From positions 1 through 39,407 of IMG/VR virus record IMGVR_UViG_3300014962_000001: a DNA stretch of 39,407 bases. One strand, written 5' to 3'. Positions 1-8,441 of the stretch are shown here, piece after piece (position 1 is the first letter of the stretch; every line of letters begins with the position of its first letter). Below the pieces are notes generated by a model that had not been told where the DNA came from, searched no databases, and saw nothing but the letters and a program-made list of their open reading frames with translations. The translations under genes and the position numbers were made by a program. Origin of the DNA: a virus.

Positions 1-87
1 GAGCAGGTTAGTAGAGACATTAGAAGATTTGGTCTACATACACCTGAAGGCAGACTCTTATGAAGCCTTCTTAACTGGTAAGAACAA
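1..87. repeat. Terminal overlap, copy A (identical to 39321-39407)
   Basis: The first 87 nt match the last 87 nt exactly. The overlap lies inside an ORF, so it looks like a circular-assembly overlap. Confidence 0.95.
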
Positions 88-613
88 CTACCGTTATGAG
101 ATTGCAAAGACAGTACCATATAAAGGTAATCGCAAGGACGCTAAAAAGCCCAAACACTACGATGCTTTGCGTGAATGCATGATTACCCGCTTAGGTGCTG
201 TCATTGTTGATGGTCAAGAAGCTGATGATGAAGTAGCTATCAGGATGACTAAGGAGCCAGATCGGTACCTTCTTGTAGGTGTAGATAAAGATCTAAGACA
301 GATACCGGGATGGCATCACAATCCTATGAAGGCACAGACGGAGTACATTGATGAGTTTGAAGCGTATAAGAATTTTGCTACTCAACTCCTCACGGGTGAC
401 AGGGTTGACAACATCCCCGGCTTGCAGGGCATTGGCCCTGTCAAGGCGGCTAAAGCGCTTAAAAATGCTAAGACGCAAGAGGAGCTACTTCAAGCGGTCT
501 GGAAGCATTATAAGGAAAATGAACATGGAATTGAATATCTCACTGAACAAGGGCAACTGCTCTGGTTGCGACGATATGAAGGAGAGCTATGGCTACCGTC
601 AAACGTAAGCTAA
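2..613 (+). CDS. 5'-3' exonuclease / flap endonuclease (3' part; the gene starts at 39226 and crosses the junction)
   Basis: The frame is continuous with 39226-39407 through the overlap (708 nt total). FEN/PIN plus H3TH motifs: QEADDEVA, GVDKDLRQIPG, GDRVDNIPGLQGIGPVKAAKAL. Confidence 0.85.
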   Translation, partial: SRLVETLEDLVYIHLKADSYEAFLTGKNNYRYEIAKTVPYKGNRKDAKKPKHYDALRECMITRLGAVIVDGQEADDEVAIRMTKEPDRYLLVGVDKDLRQIPGWHHNPMKAQTEYIDEFEAYKNFATQLLTGDRVDNIPGLQGIGPVKAAKALKNAKTQEELLQAVWKHYKENEHGIEYLTEQGQLLWLRRYEGELWLPSNVS

Positions 614-999
614 GCGCAAAACAGGTAGCAAAGAAGTATGGCTTCCGCAGTGGTTTGGAAGAACGCATTGCGGGGCAGTTGGACAAGGCAGGTGTAGAAT
701 ATACTTATGAGCAGGTAAAGCTGAAATACATCAAACCAGCTTCTGAGCATGTGTATACGCCCGACTTTGTGCTTTCTAACGGGATCATTGTAGAGACTAA
801 AGGCCGATTCTTGATGGCAGATCGTCAGAAGCATATCCTTGTTAAGAAGCACAATCCAACACTGGACATTAGATTTGTCTTTAGCAACTCTAATGCACGG
901 ATCAGTAAGACAAGCCGTACAACGTATGCACAGTGGTGTATCAAGAATGGCTTTAAGTTTGCGGATAAGACTATCCCAGAGGAATGGATAAATGAATAG
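589..999 (+). CDS. T7 gp3-like endonuclease I (Holliday junction resolvase)
   Basis: Collinear with my recollection of T7 endo I: FRSGLEE..., HVYTPDFVL.NGIIVETKG, DIRFVFS, KFADKTIPEEWI. AAGGAG RBS before the ATG. Confidence 0.9.
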   Translation: MATVKRKLSAKQVAKKYGFRSGLEERIAGQLDKAGVEYTYEQVKLKYIKPASEHVYTPDFVLSNGIIVETKGRFLMADRQKHILVKKHNPTLDIRFVFSNSNARISKTSRTTYAQWCIKNGFKFADKTIPEEWINE

Positions 1000-1231
1000 T
1001 ATTTTTAAGTTGCTGGAGCAAGACTCAGTACGAGATGCTTGGAACGATATCATGGAAGCTCTTGTGGTAGAGCGTCTGAAGGAAGACTATCTTCTGTGTC
1101 TTGATTGGGATGACGTAGAGACTTCTTCAGCTATCTTGACAGTCTTGCGTTACTTCATGGTTTATGAAGACTTTAAACATTTTCTTGATGAGGTGCGACA
1201 TGCAGGTTACGTTGTTACACGAGAATACTGA
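992..1231 (+). CDS. hypothetical protein
   Basis: 79-aa ORF whose start overlaps the preceding stop. No motif recognised. Confidence 0.5.
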   Translation: MNSIFKLLEQDSVRDAWNDIMEALVVERLKEDYLLCLDWDDVETSSAILTVLRYFMVYEDFKHFLDEVRHAGYVVTREY

Positions 1232-1254
1232 TCCGCAGCGAAGCGAGGACTAAC

Positions 1255-1428
1255 ATGGAAGTTAAACTTCTACATGAAAATGAAGACGGTAGTGCTTGCT
1301 ACAGCTTTGACCTGACAGAGCAGGAGCGTGAACAACTGCTTTGCTATGGTATTCTTGAAGCCTTGAAAGCAGGTCTTCGTGAAGGTGAGAAATTAACCTG
1401 TAATGGAAAGGAAGTGGATGAAAGTTAA
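1255..1428 (+). CDS. small hypothetical protein (57 aa; not in the ORF track)
   Basis: Hand translation MEVKLLHENEDGSACYSFDLTEQEREQLL...; fills a gap and overlaps the thyX start. Confidence 0.4.
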   Translation: MEVKLLHENEDGSACYSFDLTEQEREQLLCYGILEALKAGLREGEKLTCNGKEVDES

Positions 1429-2041
1429 TCTGGTGTGGGCTACCCCTGACATTGAAGAGAAAGTAGCTTATTGTGCCCGTGTGAGTAATCCTGAGAATCA
1501 GCATAACCACGACACTGCTCCGAAGCTGCTAAAGTACTTGATGAAGCATAAGCATTGGTCACCGTTTGAAATGGCTAACGTGTGCATGGAGATTGAAACT
1601 ACTCGTGATATTGCACGGCAGATCCTCCGTCATCGTAGCTTTAGCTTTCAGGAGTTCTCTCAGCGTTACGCTGTAGTCAATGACTTCTCTTTCCGTGATT
1701 GTCGTGTTCAGGATGAGAAGAATCGACAGAACAGCTTCGTATCTGCTGATCCTGAGTTGAATAACTGGTGGAGATCTGCTCAGTTGCGAGTACAACAAGA
1801 AGCTGAATTCATGTATCGTGCTGCTTTGAATCGTGGAGTGGCTAAGGAACAAGCAAGAGCATTACTTCCTGAAGGCATGGCAGTGAGTCGTATGTACATG
1901 AATGGCACTCTGCGTAGCTGGTTGCACTACATTGAAGTACGTACTGATCCGAGCACACAGAAGGAGCATCGAGATGTTGCAGAAGCTTGTAAGACGGTAC
2001 TGTCTGTACTTTGTCCAAACATTTTAGGGGCAATAGAATGA
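1418..2041 (+). CDS. thyX: flavin-dependent thymidylate synthase ThyX
   Basis: ThyX signature RHRSFSFQEFSQRY (RHRxxSxxxxSxR). Start taken at MKVNLVW; 1403 is an alternative. Confidence 0.85.
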   Translation: MKVNLVWATPDIEEKVAYCARVSNPENQHNHDTAPKLLKYLMKHKHWSPFEMANVCMEIETTRDIARQILRHRSFSFQEFSQRYAVVNDFSFRDCRVQDEKNRQNSFVSADPELNNWWRSAQLRVQQEAEFMYRAALNRGVAKEQARALLPEGMAVSRMYMNGTLRSWLHYIEVRTDPSTQKEHRDVAEACKTVLSVLCPNILGAIE

Positions 2042-2322
2042 GTGGCGGACATTTTGATTATAAACAATATCAAATCGGCTATATTGCTGATGAGATTGAG
2101 CAACTTATTGAAATCAATGACTCTGAAGAGGTAGACGAGTGGGGATATACAAAAGGAGCTCATTACTTACCAGAGACAGTTGAAGAATTTAAGAAAGCGG
2201 TGAAGGCTTTGCGGATTGCTCAGGTCTATACTCATCGAATTGACTGGCTTGTGTCTGGGGACGATGGCGAAGATTCTTTCCACAGCCGACTAGCCAAAGA
2301 CCTCAGTAATATAGAGGATTAA
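2038..2322 (+). CDS. conserved hypothetical protein (MSGGHFDY... type)
   Basis: ATGA overlap with the thyX stop. Acidic 94-aa protein. Confidence 0.55.
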   Translation: MSGGHFDYKQYQIGYIADEIEQLIEINDSEEVDEWGYTKGAHYLPETVEEFKKAVKALRIAQVYTHRIDWLVSGDDGEDSFHSRLAKDLSNIED

Positions 2323-2326
2323 TCGA

Positions 2327-2635
2327 ATGCTGATTGAAGATTATCAAAAGAAGGCATGGGAAACTGCCTTGGAAACTGCTAAGAATCCTGCTTACATGGT
2401 ATCTAACCTTGCCTCAGAAGCTGGTGAAGTATCTGGTAAGTTTGCTAAGTGGATTCGTGACGGTGCTCTGGATGAAGAAGGACTTCAAAAGGAGATGGGG
2501 GATGTGTTCTGGCAGCTTGCGGGACTGGCTACTGTGATGGGTTGGAGCTTAGCTGACATTGCATCTAAGAATCTTCAGAAGCTGGCTAAGCGAGTAGAAA
2601 ACAACACTGTTCAAGGATCTGGCGATGAGCGTTAA
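2327..2635 (+). CDS. mazG: MazG-like nucleoside triphosphate pyrophosphohydrolase
   Basis: Small all-alpha protein with an EAGEVSGK ... E..GDV.WQL pattern (EXXE/EXXD metal sites). Confidence 0.75.
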   Translation: MLIEDYQKKAWETALETAKNPAYMVSNLASEAGEVSGKFAKWIRDGALDEEGLQKEMGDVFWQLAGLATVMGWSLADIASKNLQKLAKRVENNTVQGSGDER

Positions 2636-2813
2636 ATATTTCTTGGGTCATAAAGATGACTCTTGTGATAGCCAAATTATAATTGAACTTACTCTTTCAG
2701 ACGACACTCATTACAAAGATGTAGCGGAACATTTCTTCCGTTTCTTGTCCTCTGTTTATGGTTATGAAATTACAGCAAAGGATGTAGTTGATGCGGATTC
2801 TAGTAATTCCTGA
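2625..2813 (+). CDS. hypothetical protein
   Basis: 62-aa ORF packed between neighbours. Confidence 0.4.
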   Translation: MSVKYFLGHKDDSCDSQIIIELTLSDDTHYKDVAEHFFRFLSSVYGYEITAKDVVDADSSNS

Positions 2814-3567
2814 TTGCCAAGTAAAGGATGGTGTTCCTCTGGAGCACCTTACATGGGCAGGAGAGGCTATCTGTGAGTATCGTCCTGATGTTGTGGTAAA
2901 CTTGGGTGACTTTGCAGATATGCCTAGTCTGTCTAGCCATGATGTTAAAGGATCTAAATACTTTGAAGGCTTGCGTTACAAGACAGACATTCAAGTGGCT
3001 AAGGATGCCATGAAGATGCTCTTGAAGCCTCTGCGAGACCTTCAGAGTCGTCAGAAGAAGAACAAGGAGAAAGTTTATAAGCCTCGAATGGTACTGACTC
3101 TCGGAAACCATGAGAATCGTATTGACAGGGCTGTGAACAATAATCCTACGCTTGAGGGATTGATTTCTACTAAGGATCTGGACTATGAGAAAGATTGGGA
3201 AGTACATCAGTTTCTTCATCCTGTGTTCATTAATGGCGTGGGTTTTAATCACTATTGGCCTGTGGGCGCAATGGGGAGACCTGCAGGCAGTGCTAGTGCT
3301 ATCATTAACAAGCTACATCAATCTTGTGTTGCTGGACATCAACAAGGAAAGCAAGTCGCTTACGGTAAGCGTGCTGATGGCAAGCCTATTTGTGCAATCA
3401 TTGCTGGTAGTTACTATCTGCATGATGAATCTTATATGGACCAGTTGTCTAACCGTCACTGGCGTGGTCTGTTGGTCATGAATGAAGTCAATGATGGCCA
3501 CTTTGATGAACTTTTCTTGAGCATTGAATATCTACAGAGGAAATATGGCAACAAAGAAACAAACTAA
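2791..3567 (+). CDS. calcineurin-like metallophosphoesterase
   Basis: Motifs VIPDCQ, VVNLGDFADM, LGNHENR. ATG at 2791 (the track start at 2788 is TTG). Confidence 0.65.
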   Translation: MRILVIPDCQVKDGVPLEHLTWAGEAICEYRPDVVVNLGDFADMPSLSSHDVKGSKYFEGLRYKTDIQVAKDAMKMLLKPLRDLQSRQKKNKEKVYKPRMVLTLGNHENRIDRAVNNNPTLEGLISTKDLDYEKDWEVHQFLHPVFINGVGFNHYWPVGAMGRPAGSASAIINKLHQSCVAGHQQGKQVAYGKRADGKPICAIIAGSYYLHDESYMDQLSNRHWRGLLVMNEVNDGHFDELFLSIEYLQRKYGNKETN

Positions 3568-3943
3568 CAAAGTAACACCTAAACCTAAGACGTACTATTC
3601 ACGAAAGTTTCTCAATAAAGATAAAGGTATGGCCGCTATTGAGTTTACTTTTGAGTTTAACCCAGAGTGGAGGTATCATGGTGGGTGGGATGCCACTGTT
3701 GTCATCTCTGACTGCTATAAAGCATCAACGCTTGATTTCAGTTGTTATAGTGTAAAGGACATTGATAAAGTTATCGACAAAGTTTCTCTAATCTTGACTG
3801 AGTTTGAGAAGTTTGGTAACTTGCTTCTTGAAAACAAAGAAGCCGCTATTGAGGCCATGAAAAAAGCCGAAGCTGAGCGTAAGAAACGTAAGGCAAGGAA
3901 GACTAAAACTTCTCTTTTGGATAAGCTGAACGATGATGAGTGA
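3545..3943 (+). CDS. hypothetical protein with Lys-rich C-terminus
   Basis: GAGGAAAT RBS before MATKKQ. C-terminal AERKKRKARKTK. Confidence 0.5.
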   Translation: MATKKQTNKVTPKPKTYYSRKFLNKDKGMAAIEFTFEFNPEWRYHGGWDATVVISDCYKASTLDFSCYSVKDIDKVIDKVSLILTEFEKFGNLLLENKEAAIEAMKKAEAERKKRKARKTKTSLLDKLNDDE

Positions 3944-4340
3944 ACACAAGTGTAATAGTTGCTTCTATATGCAAAATGAGCGTAGTCGCAATCCTTGTAA
4001 TGTCTGTGAAGGGTATAACAAGTACGTGAACCGTAACATTTATATCCATCAACCGGATACGATTACAATTAAAGAATGGGATGAAGAGGATGCTTTTGTG
4101 TTTAAGGAATTGGAAAAAGAATTGAAAGCAGATAACATTAATTCTCCGAAGCACTACACAGCAGGTAAGTATGAAGTGATTGATGTCATTGAAGACTGGG
4201 GACTTAACTTCCGTCTTGCTAATACTATTAAGTACATTGCGCGACATATGCACAAAGGTAAGCCTCTGGAGGACTTGGAGAAGGCTTTGTGGTATCTCCA
4301 GAGGGAGGTTGACACATGGAAGTCACCCTCGAAGAATTAA
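3933..4340 (+). CDS. DUF3310-like protein with N-terminal Cys cluster
   Basis: INSPKHYTAGKYEVIDVIEDWGLNFRLANTIKYIARH..KGKPLEDLEKALWYLQREV matches the DUF3310 pattern as I recall it. N-terminal CNSC...CNVC. Confidence 0.7.
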   Translation: MMSEHKCNSCFYMQNERSRNPCNVCEGYNKYVNRNIYIHQPDTITIKEWDEEDAFVFKELEKELKADNINSPKHYTAGKYEVIDVIEDWGLNFRLANTIKYIARHMHKGKPLEDLEKALWYLQREVDTWKSPSKN

Positions 4341-4474
4341 AGGAGCGTCTTGTAGGCTTAGATGAGGTCACATTGATGGAGATACTAGACATCCATAGTG
4401 ATGAACTCGTCGAAGCCTTCGAGGACAGAATTGAAGAAAATATAGATAAACTAAAGAGGATGCTGAATGACTGA
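4316..4474 (+). CDS. small acidic hypothetical protein (52 aa; not in the ORF track)
   Basis: Hand translation MEVTLEELKERLVGLDEV...; overlaps both neighbours by a few nt. Confidence 0.4.
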   Translation: MEVTLEELKERLVGLDEVTLMEILDIHSDELVEAFEDRIEENIDKLKRMLND

Positions 4475-6389
4475 AAACAAATATGAAACACCTTTTAGCT
4501 CTGTTGGCTACATCACGTACAAACGTACTTACGCTCGTCGTTTGAATGAAGCAGACCCTAATAGCCCTACAGAAGAATTTGAAGATACTGTTAACCGTGT
4601 TGTAACGGCTTCTAATAGTCAACTGAAAGTTGGTTTTACTGAAGATGAGCAAGAACGCCTGAAGAAGTATCTTATGGAACTTAAAGGCACGGTTGCTGGT
4701 CGTTTCCTGTGGCAGCTTGGAACCGATACAGTAGGTAAGCTCGGCGGTGCTAGTCTGCAAAACTGTGCATTTAAAGTTGTGAATTCTCCTGTAGAGCCGT
4801 TTACGTGGGCCATGGATCTATTGATGCTTGGCTCTGGTGTTGGTTACAATATTCAGAAGGCCAATGTTGAAAAACTTCCTCCAGTCAACGTGGATTTTAA
4901 GTGTCCTACTCGTGCTGACACCGATGATGCTGATTTTATTGTTCCTGATTCTCGTGAAGGATGGGTTGCCCTTCTTGGTAAAACGCTTAAAGCAGCGTTT
5001 CTAGCCCATTCTAGCGGTAAACAGACCTTTACGTATTCTACGAAGTTGATTCGATCTAAAGGTGCTCCTATTAAAGGCTTTGGCGGCACAGCTTCTGGAC
5101 CCGAAGACCTTGTTTGGGGTATCAATAAGATTGGCGAGATCCTAGAAAAACGTGCTGGGCGTAAGCTGCGGCCTATTGATTGTCTGGACATTATGAACAT
5201 CATTGGTGCTGTGGTTGTTGCCGGTAATGTTCGTCGTAGTGCTCAGATTGCTATTGGAGACCCTGACGATGTGGAATATCTGCTTGCTAAACGATGGGAC
5301 TTGGGTAATATTCCAAGCTGGCGGGCCATGTCCAACAACAGCGTTGTTTGTCACGACATTGGAGACCTTCATGAGTTCTTCTGGGATGGGTACGAAGGAA
5401 AAGGAGAACCTTATGGGCTCATTAACCTCAAACTGTCCCGTAAGATTGGACGGCTGGGTGAGACCGAATACCCTGATCCCGATGTCCAAGGTTACAATCC
5501 TTGCGCTGAACAAAGCTTGGCGGATGGGGAAACTTGTTGCCTTGCAGAAATTTATCTGCCAAATATTACTTCTAAAGAGGAAATGCTAGATGTTGCCAAG
5601 CTTCTCTATCGTGTCAACAAGCACTCGCTTGCTCTTCCGTTCCATCTCAAAATCACTGAAGAGATCGTTCATAAAAATATGCGTATGGGTATTGGTGTCA
5701 CGGGCTTCCTCCAAGCTACGGAAGAACAAGAAAGCTGGCTGAAAGATGTTTACAAGGAACTGCGTGAGTTTGATAAGGAATACTCAAAAGAACATGGTTT
5801 CCCGACATCTGTTAAGCTGACAACTGTTAAGCCGTCTGGCACACTGTCGTTGCTTCCGGGGGTTACTCCGGGATGTCACCCTGCTTATGCTCGTTACATG
5901 ATTCGTCGTATTCGCATCTCTGCTAACCACCCTCTGGTGCAGACTTGTCGAGATCATGGCTATCCTGTGGAGTTTCAGCAGAACTTTGACGGATCAGAAG
6001 ACCACAGCACTGTTGTTGTTTCTTTCCCGTTCCGACATCCTGACCATGCGGTACTGGCTAAAGATATGACAGCTATCCAACAGCTTGAGACTGTTAAGTG
6101 GCTGCAGGAAAACTGGAGTGACAATAGCGTAAGCTGTACTGTATACTATCGTAAAGAAGAGCTTCCTGAGATTCGTAAGTATCTTAAGAAAAACTACAAG
6201 AACAACCATAAGAGCCTGTCTTTCCTGCTGCATAATGAGCATGGATTCAAACAAGCTCCTCTGGAAGAGATTACAAAAGAACAGTATGATGAACTGGTTG
6301 CTAAGACCCGTCTAATTACTTCTATTGATAGTCTCGACATTGGTCTGGACGATAGTGAATGTGCTTCTGGCGCTTGTCCCATTCGTTAA
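4467..6389 (+). CDS. nrdJ: class II (adenosylcobalamin-dependent) ribonucleotide reductase
   Basis: RNR core motifs NPCAEQSL and TVKPSGTLSLL. C-terminal redox pair CASGAC. No beta subunit gene and no glycyl-radical tail. Confidence 0.8.
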   Translation: MTENKYETPFSSVGYITYKRTYARRLNEADPNSPTEEFEDTVNRVVTASNSQLKVGFTEDEQERLKKYLMELKGTVAGRFLWQLGTDTVGKLGGASLQNCAFKVVNSPVEPFTWAMDLLMLGSGVGYNIQKANVEKLPPVNVDFKCPTRADTDDADFIVPDSREGWVALLGKTLKAAFLAHSSGKQTFTYSTKLIRSKGAPIKGFGGTASGPEDLVWGINKIGEILEKRAGRKLRPIDCLDIMNIIGAVVVAGNVRRSAQIAIGDPDDVEYLLAKRWDLGNIPSWRAMSNNSVVCHDIGDLHEFFWDGYEGKGEPYGLINLKLSRKIGRLGETEYPDPDVQGYNPCAEQSLADGETCCLAEIYLPNITSKEEMLDVAKLLYRVNKHSLALPFHLKITEEIVHKNMRMGIGVTGFLQATEEQESWLKDVYKELREFDKEYSKEHGFPTSVKLTTVKPSGTLSLLPGVTPGCHPAYARYMIRRIRISANHPLVQTCRDHGYPVEFQQNFDGSEDHSTVVVSFPFRHPDHAVLAKDMTAIQQLETVKWLQENWSDNSVSCTVYYRKEELPEIRKYLKKNYKNNHKSLSFLLHNEHGFKQAPLEEITKEQYDELVAKTRLITSIDSLDIGLDDSECASGACPIR

Positions 6390-6390
6390 T

Positions 6391-6618
6391 ATGAAAACAG
6401 TCTACACTAAGGATGCTTGTCCTGCCTGTGTGACTCTGAAGGCTTCCCTCGTTAAGTCGGGGGAGGCTTTTCAGGAGATCAAGATCATCGCAGCGAAGGA
6501 TGAGCGAGAATCCTCACTCCGTTCCGGGGTTGAGACTATTACACGAGAAGAGTTTATGAGTAAGTTTCCTACAGTACGGACTGTGCCGTATGTAGTTGAT
6601 AACGACAAAGGTGAATGA
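6391..6618 (+). CDS. glutaredoxin/NrdH-like redoxin
   Basis: 75 aa with a CPAC active site near the N-terminus, directly downstream of the RNR gene. Confidence 0.65.
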   Translation: MKTVYTKDACPACVTLKASLVKSGEAFQEIKIIAAKDERESSLRSGVETITREEFMSKFPTVRTVPYVVDNDKGE

Positions 6619-6619
6619 A

Positions 6620-6820
6620 ATGAGTATGACTATTGAGTATATTACTTGTCCATCAGGTGATTGGGAAGTTGTTCTTATTAATGGTGAAATAGACGCGGAG
6701 GACCACTCCATTCCTTCTACTTATTGGCTGAGCTTGCTAAAAGATTTCGGTTTTCATGTAACTCGAAAAGAAATTAGTGATGAAGCTATGGAAGTAAACA
6801 ACTTTTACGAAGGAGAATAA
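6620..6820 (+). CDS. hypothetical protein
   Basis: 66-aa ORF (MSMTIEY...) with an AAAGGTGA RBS. Confidence 0.45.
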   Translation: MSMTIEYITCPSGDWEVVLINGEIDAEDHSIPSTYWLSLLKDFGFHVTRKEISDEAMEVNNFYEGE

Positions 6821-7554
6821 TGACTACGGTTCCTGCCAAGAAAGAGACTGCTAAAGAGAAGCAGTCAAACAGTTTGAAGTTGAAGCTGGATGACATGGCA
6901 GTTATCAAGCCTAAGACAGACAAACAGATGGAGTTCTTTGAGGCTTATCAACGTGGTGACTACTTCATGGCATTGCATGGCGTAGCAGGCACAGGTAAGA
7001 CTTACATTGCCTTGTATAAGGCTCTGGAAGAGGTCATGGATCGTAACAATCCCTTTAACAAGGTGACTATCATCCGTAGCAGCGTACAGAGCCGTGATAT
7101 GGGCTTTCTACCGGGAGATGTAGATGAAAAGATGGACGTATATATCCAGCCTTACAGACAGATTTGCTCTGACCTGTTTAAGCGAAAAGATGCTTGGGAT
7201 CGCTTGGTGGAACAAGGACACATTGAGTTTGTGTCTACAAGTTTCATTCGTGGTACTACCTTCATGCATAGCGTCCTCATCGTAGACGAGATGCAGAATA
7301 TGAACTTTGAAGAACTTGACACCATCATCACTCGTGTAGGTGATAAGTCCAAGATTGTCTTTTGTGGCGACTATCGACAGACTGACCTACGTAAGAAGGA
7401 TGATAAGTCAGGTATCTTGAAGTTCCTTGACATTGCAGGCAACATGAAAGAGTTTTCTCGCTTTGAGTTTGGTATTGAAGATATTGTCCGTAGCTCACTT
7501 GTGAAGAACTACATTATTGCCAAGACACACTATGAGGATGGACACCATGGGTAA
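6820..7554 (+). CDS. phoH: PhoH-like ATPase
   Basis: Walker A GVAGTGKT and Walker B LIVDEMQN; PhoH-like length. Confidence 0.85.
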   Translation: MTTVPAKKETAKEKQSNSLKLKLDDMAVIKPKTDKQMEFFEAYQRGDYFMALHGVAGTGKTYIALYKALEEVMDRNNPFNKVTIIRSSVQSRDMGFLPGDVDEKMDVYIQPYRQICSDLFKRKDAWDRLVEQGHIEFVSTSFIRGTTFMHSVLIVDEMQNMNFEELDTIITRVGDKSKIVFCGDYRQTDLRKKDDKSGILKFLDIAGNMKEFSRFEFGIEDIVRSSLVKNYIIAKTHYEDGHHG

Positions 7555-8167
7555 AGCCCACGAGGATGAAATCATGCTGATGATGGGTCAGCAACAACAA
7601 CAGAATGGCCTGATCCGTTCTATCCAACAGCAGTTCAATGCTCATCTGATCTTCATTGACGATGACATTGGAGATCCTGCCATGTACCGAGATGTCATTC
7701 ATTGTCTTGCTACTTGTAACGAGAATGATAGTGTTAACTTCTTGATTAACTCCAATGGAGGCCGTACAGACTCCATCTGGCAGATAATTGAGGCTATGAA
7801 AGGATGTAGGGGAGATGTGGCTGCTACGGTTATTGGGTCAGCTTACAGTGCTGCTTCTATGTTGGCTTGTATGGCTCCTGAGTGCTATATTGCTGACAGT
7901 GCAGAGTTTATGCTCCATACCGCTCATTACGGTAGCATCGGCACTGTCCCGAATGTTAAAGGACAAACAGACTTCGCAACAAAGCAAATCAACAAACTCT
8001 TAGATATTTGCTATGCAGGCTTCCTGACACCTAAGGAGCTTGAAGAGCTTAAGAATGGACGAGAGTGGTGGTTTGATGCTGATGAGGCACGAGAGCGTAT
8101 GCTCAAGCGTCAAATCTACCTGCTGAAGGAATCAAAGAAGAAAGCTCCACGTAAAGTGAAAGAGTAA
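7547..8167 (+). CDS. ClpP-like (S14-type) serine protease
   Basis: INSNGG..., GSAYSAASMLA (ClpP GxAASM Ser motif), MLHTAHYG (His), WWFDADEA (Asp region). Confidence 0.6.
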   Translation: MGKAHEDEIMLMMGQQQQQNGLIRSIQQQFNAHLIFIDDDIGDPAMYRDVIHCLATCNENDSVNFLINSNGGRTDSIWQIIEAMKGCRGDVAATVIGSAYSAASMLACMAPECYIADSAEFMLHTAHYGSIGTVPNVKGQTDFATKQINKLLDICYAGFLTPKELEELKNGREWWFDADEARERMLKRQIYLLKESKKKAPRKVKE

Positions 8168-8172
8168 CAAAA

Positions 8173-8204
8173 AAGCCCCGACAGAGGAGACTCTGAAGGG
8201 GCTT
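8173..8204. terminator. Hairpin terminator between the convergent arms
   Basis: AAGCCCC-GA-CAGAG-GAGA-CTCTG-AA-GGGGCTT. The minus-strand transcript has a following U6 run; the plus strand has only a weak T tract. Confidence 0.75.
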
Positions 8205-8209
8205 ACTTA

Positions 8210-8440
8210 TTAGTGACTACGATAATCTTGTAGAACAGCTACGATAGCTGCTATGGAACCAACAGTCCACAGAATAGGCTTAGCTAACTTAGCTATCCAT
8301 TCAAGGACTGTAAAAGCACCAGAGGCTGCTGTAAAGGCATGAACCATACCTTCAGTATCCTTAGCTACCTTGTCTACCTTTTCTTCTACTTTAACCAGTC
8401 TTTCATAGATTTCATTATGTGATACTTCTTTGGAGTCCAT
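8210..8440 (-). CDS. small membrane protein, lysis-associated (holin/antiholin- or spanin-like)
   Basis: 76 aa: hydrophilic coiled N-terminus and hydrophobic C-terminus (ILWTVGSIAAIVAVL). Last gene of the late arm, after the holin. Confidence 0.4.
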   Translation of the reverse strand: MDSKEVSHNEIYERLVKVEEKVDKVAKDTEGMVHAFTAASGAFTVLEWIAKLAKPILWTVGSIAAIVAVLQDYRSH

Positions 8441-8441
8441 A

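Noticed and set aside
348-608. 86-aa alternative-frame ORF inside the exonuclease gene, and similar nested ORFs listed in the track (for example 610-1053 minus, 2800-3252 minus, 4368-4760 minus)
   Set aside because: They are fully nested in, or antisense to, genes with clear motifs. They have no RBS and biased, low-complexity translations.
4309-4337. TTGACA-N17-AAGAAT upstream of the RNR gene
   Set aside because: The -10 is only a 4/6 match and the whole element lies inside coding DNA. It is too weak to call without data.
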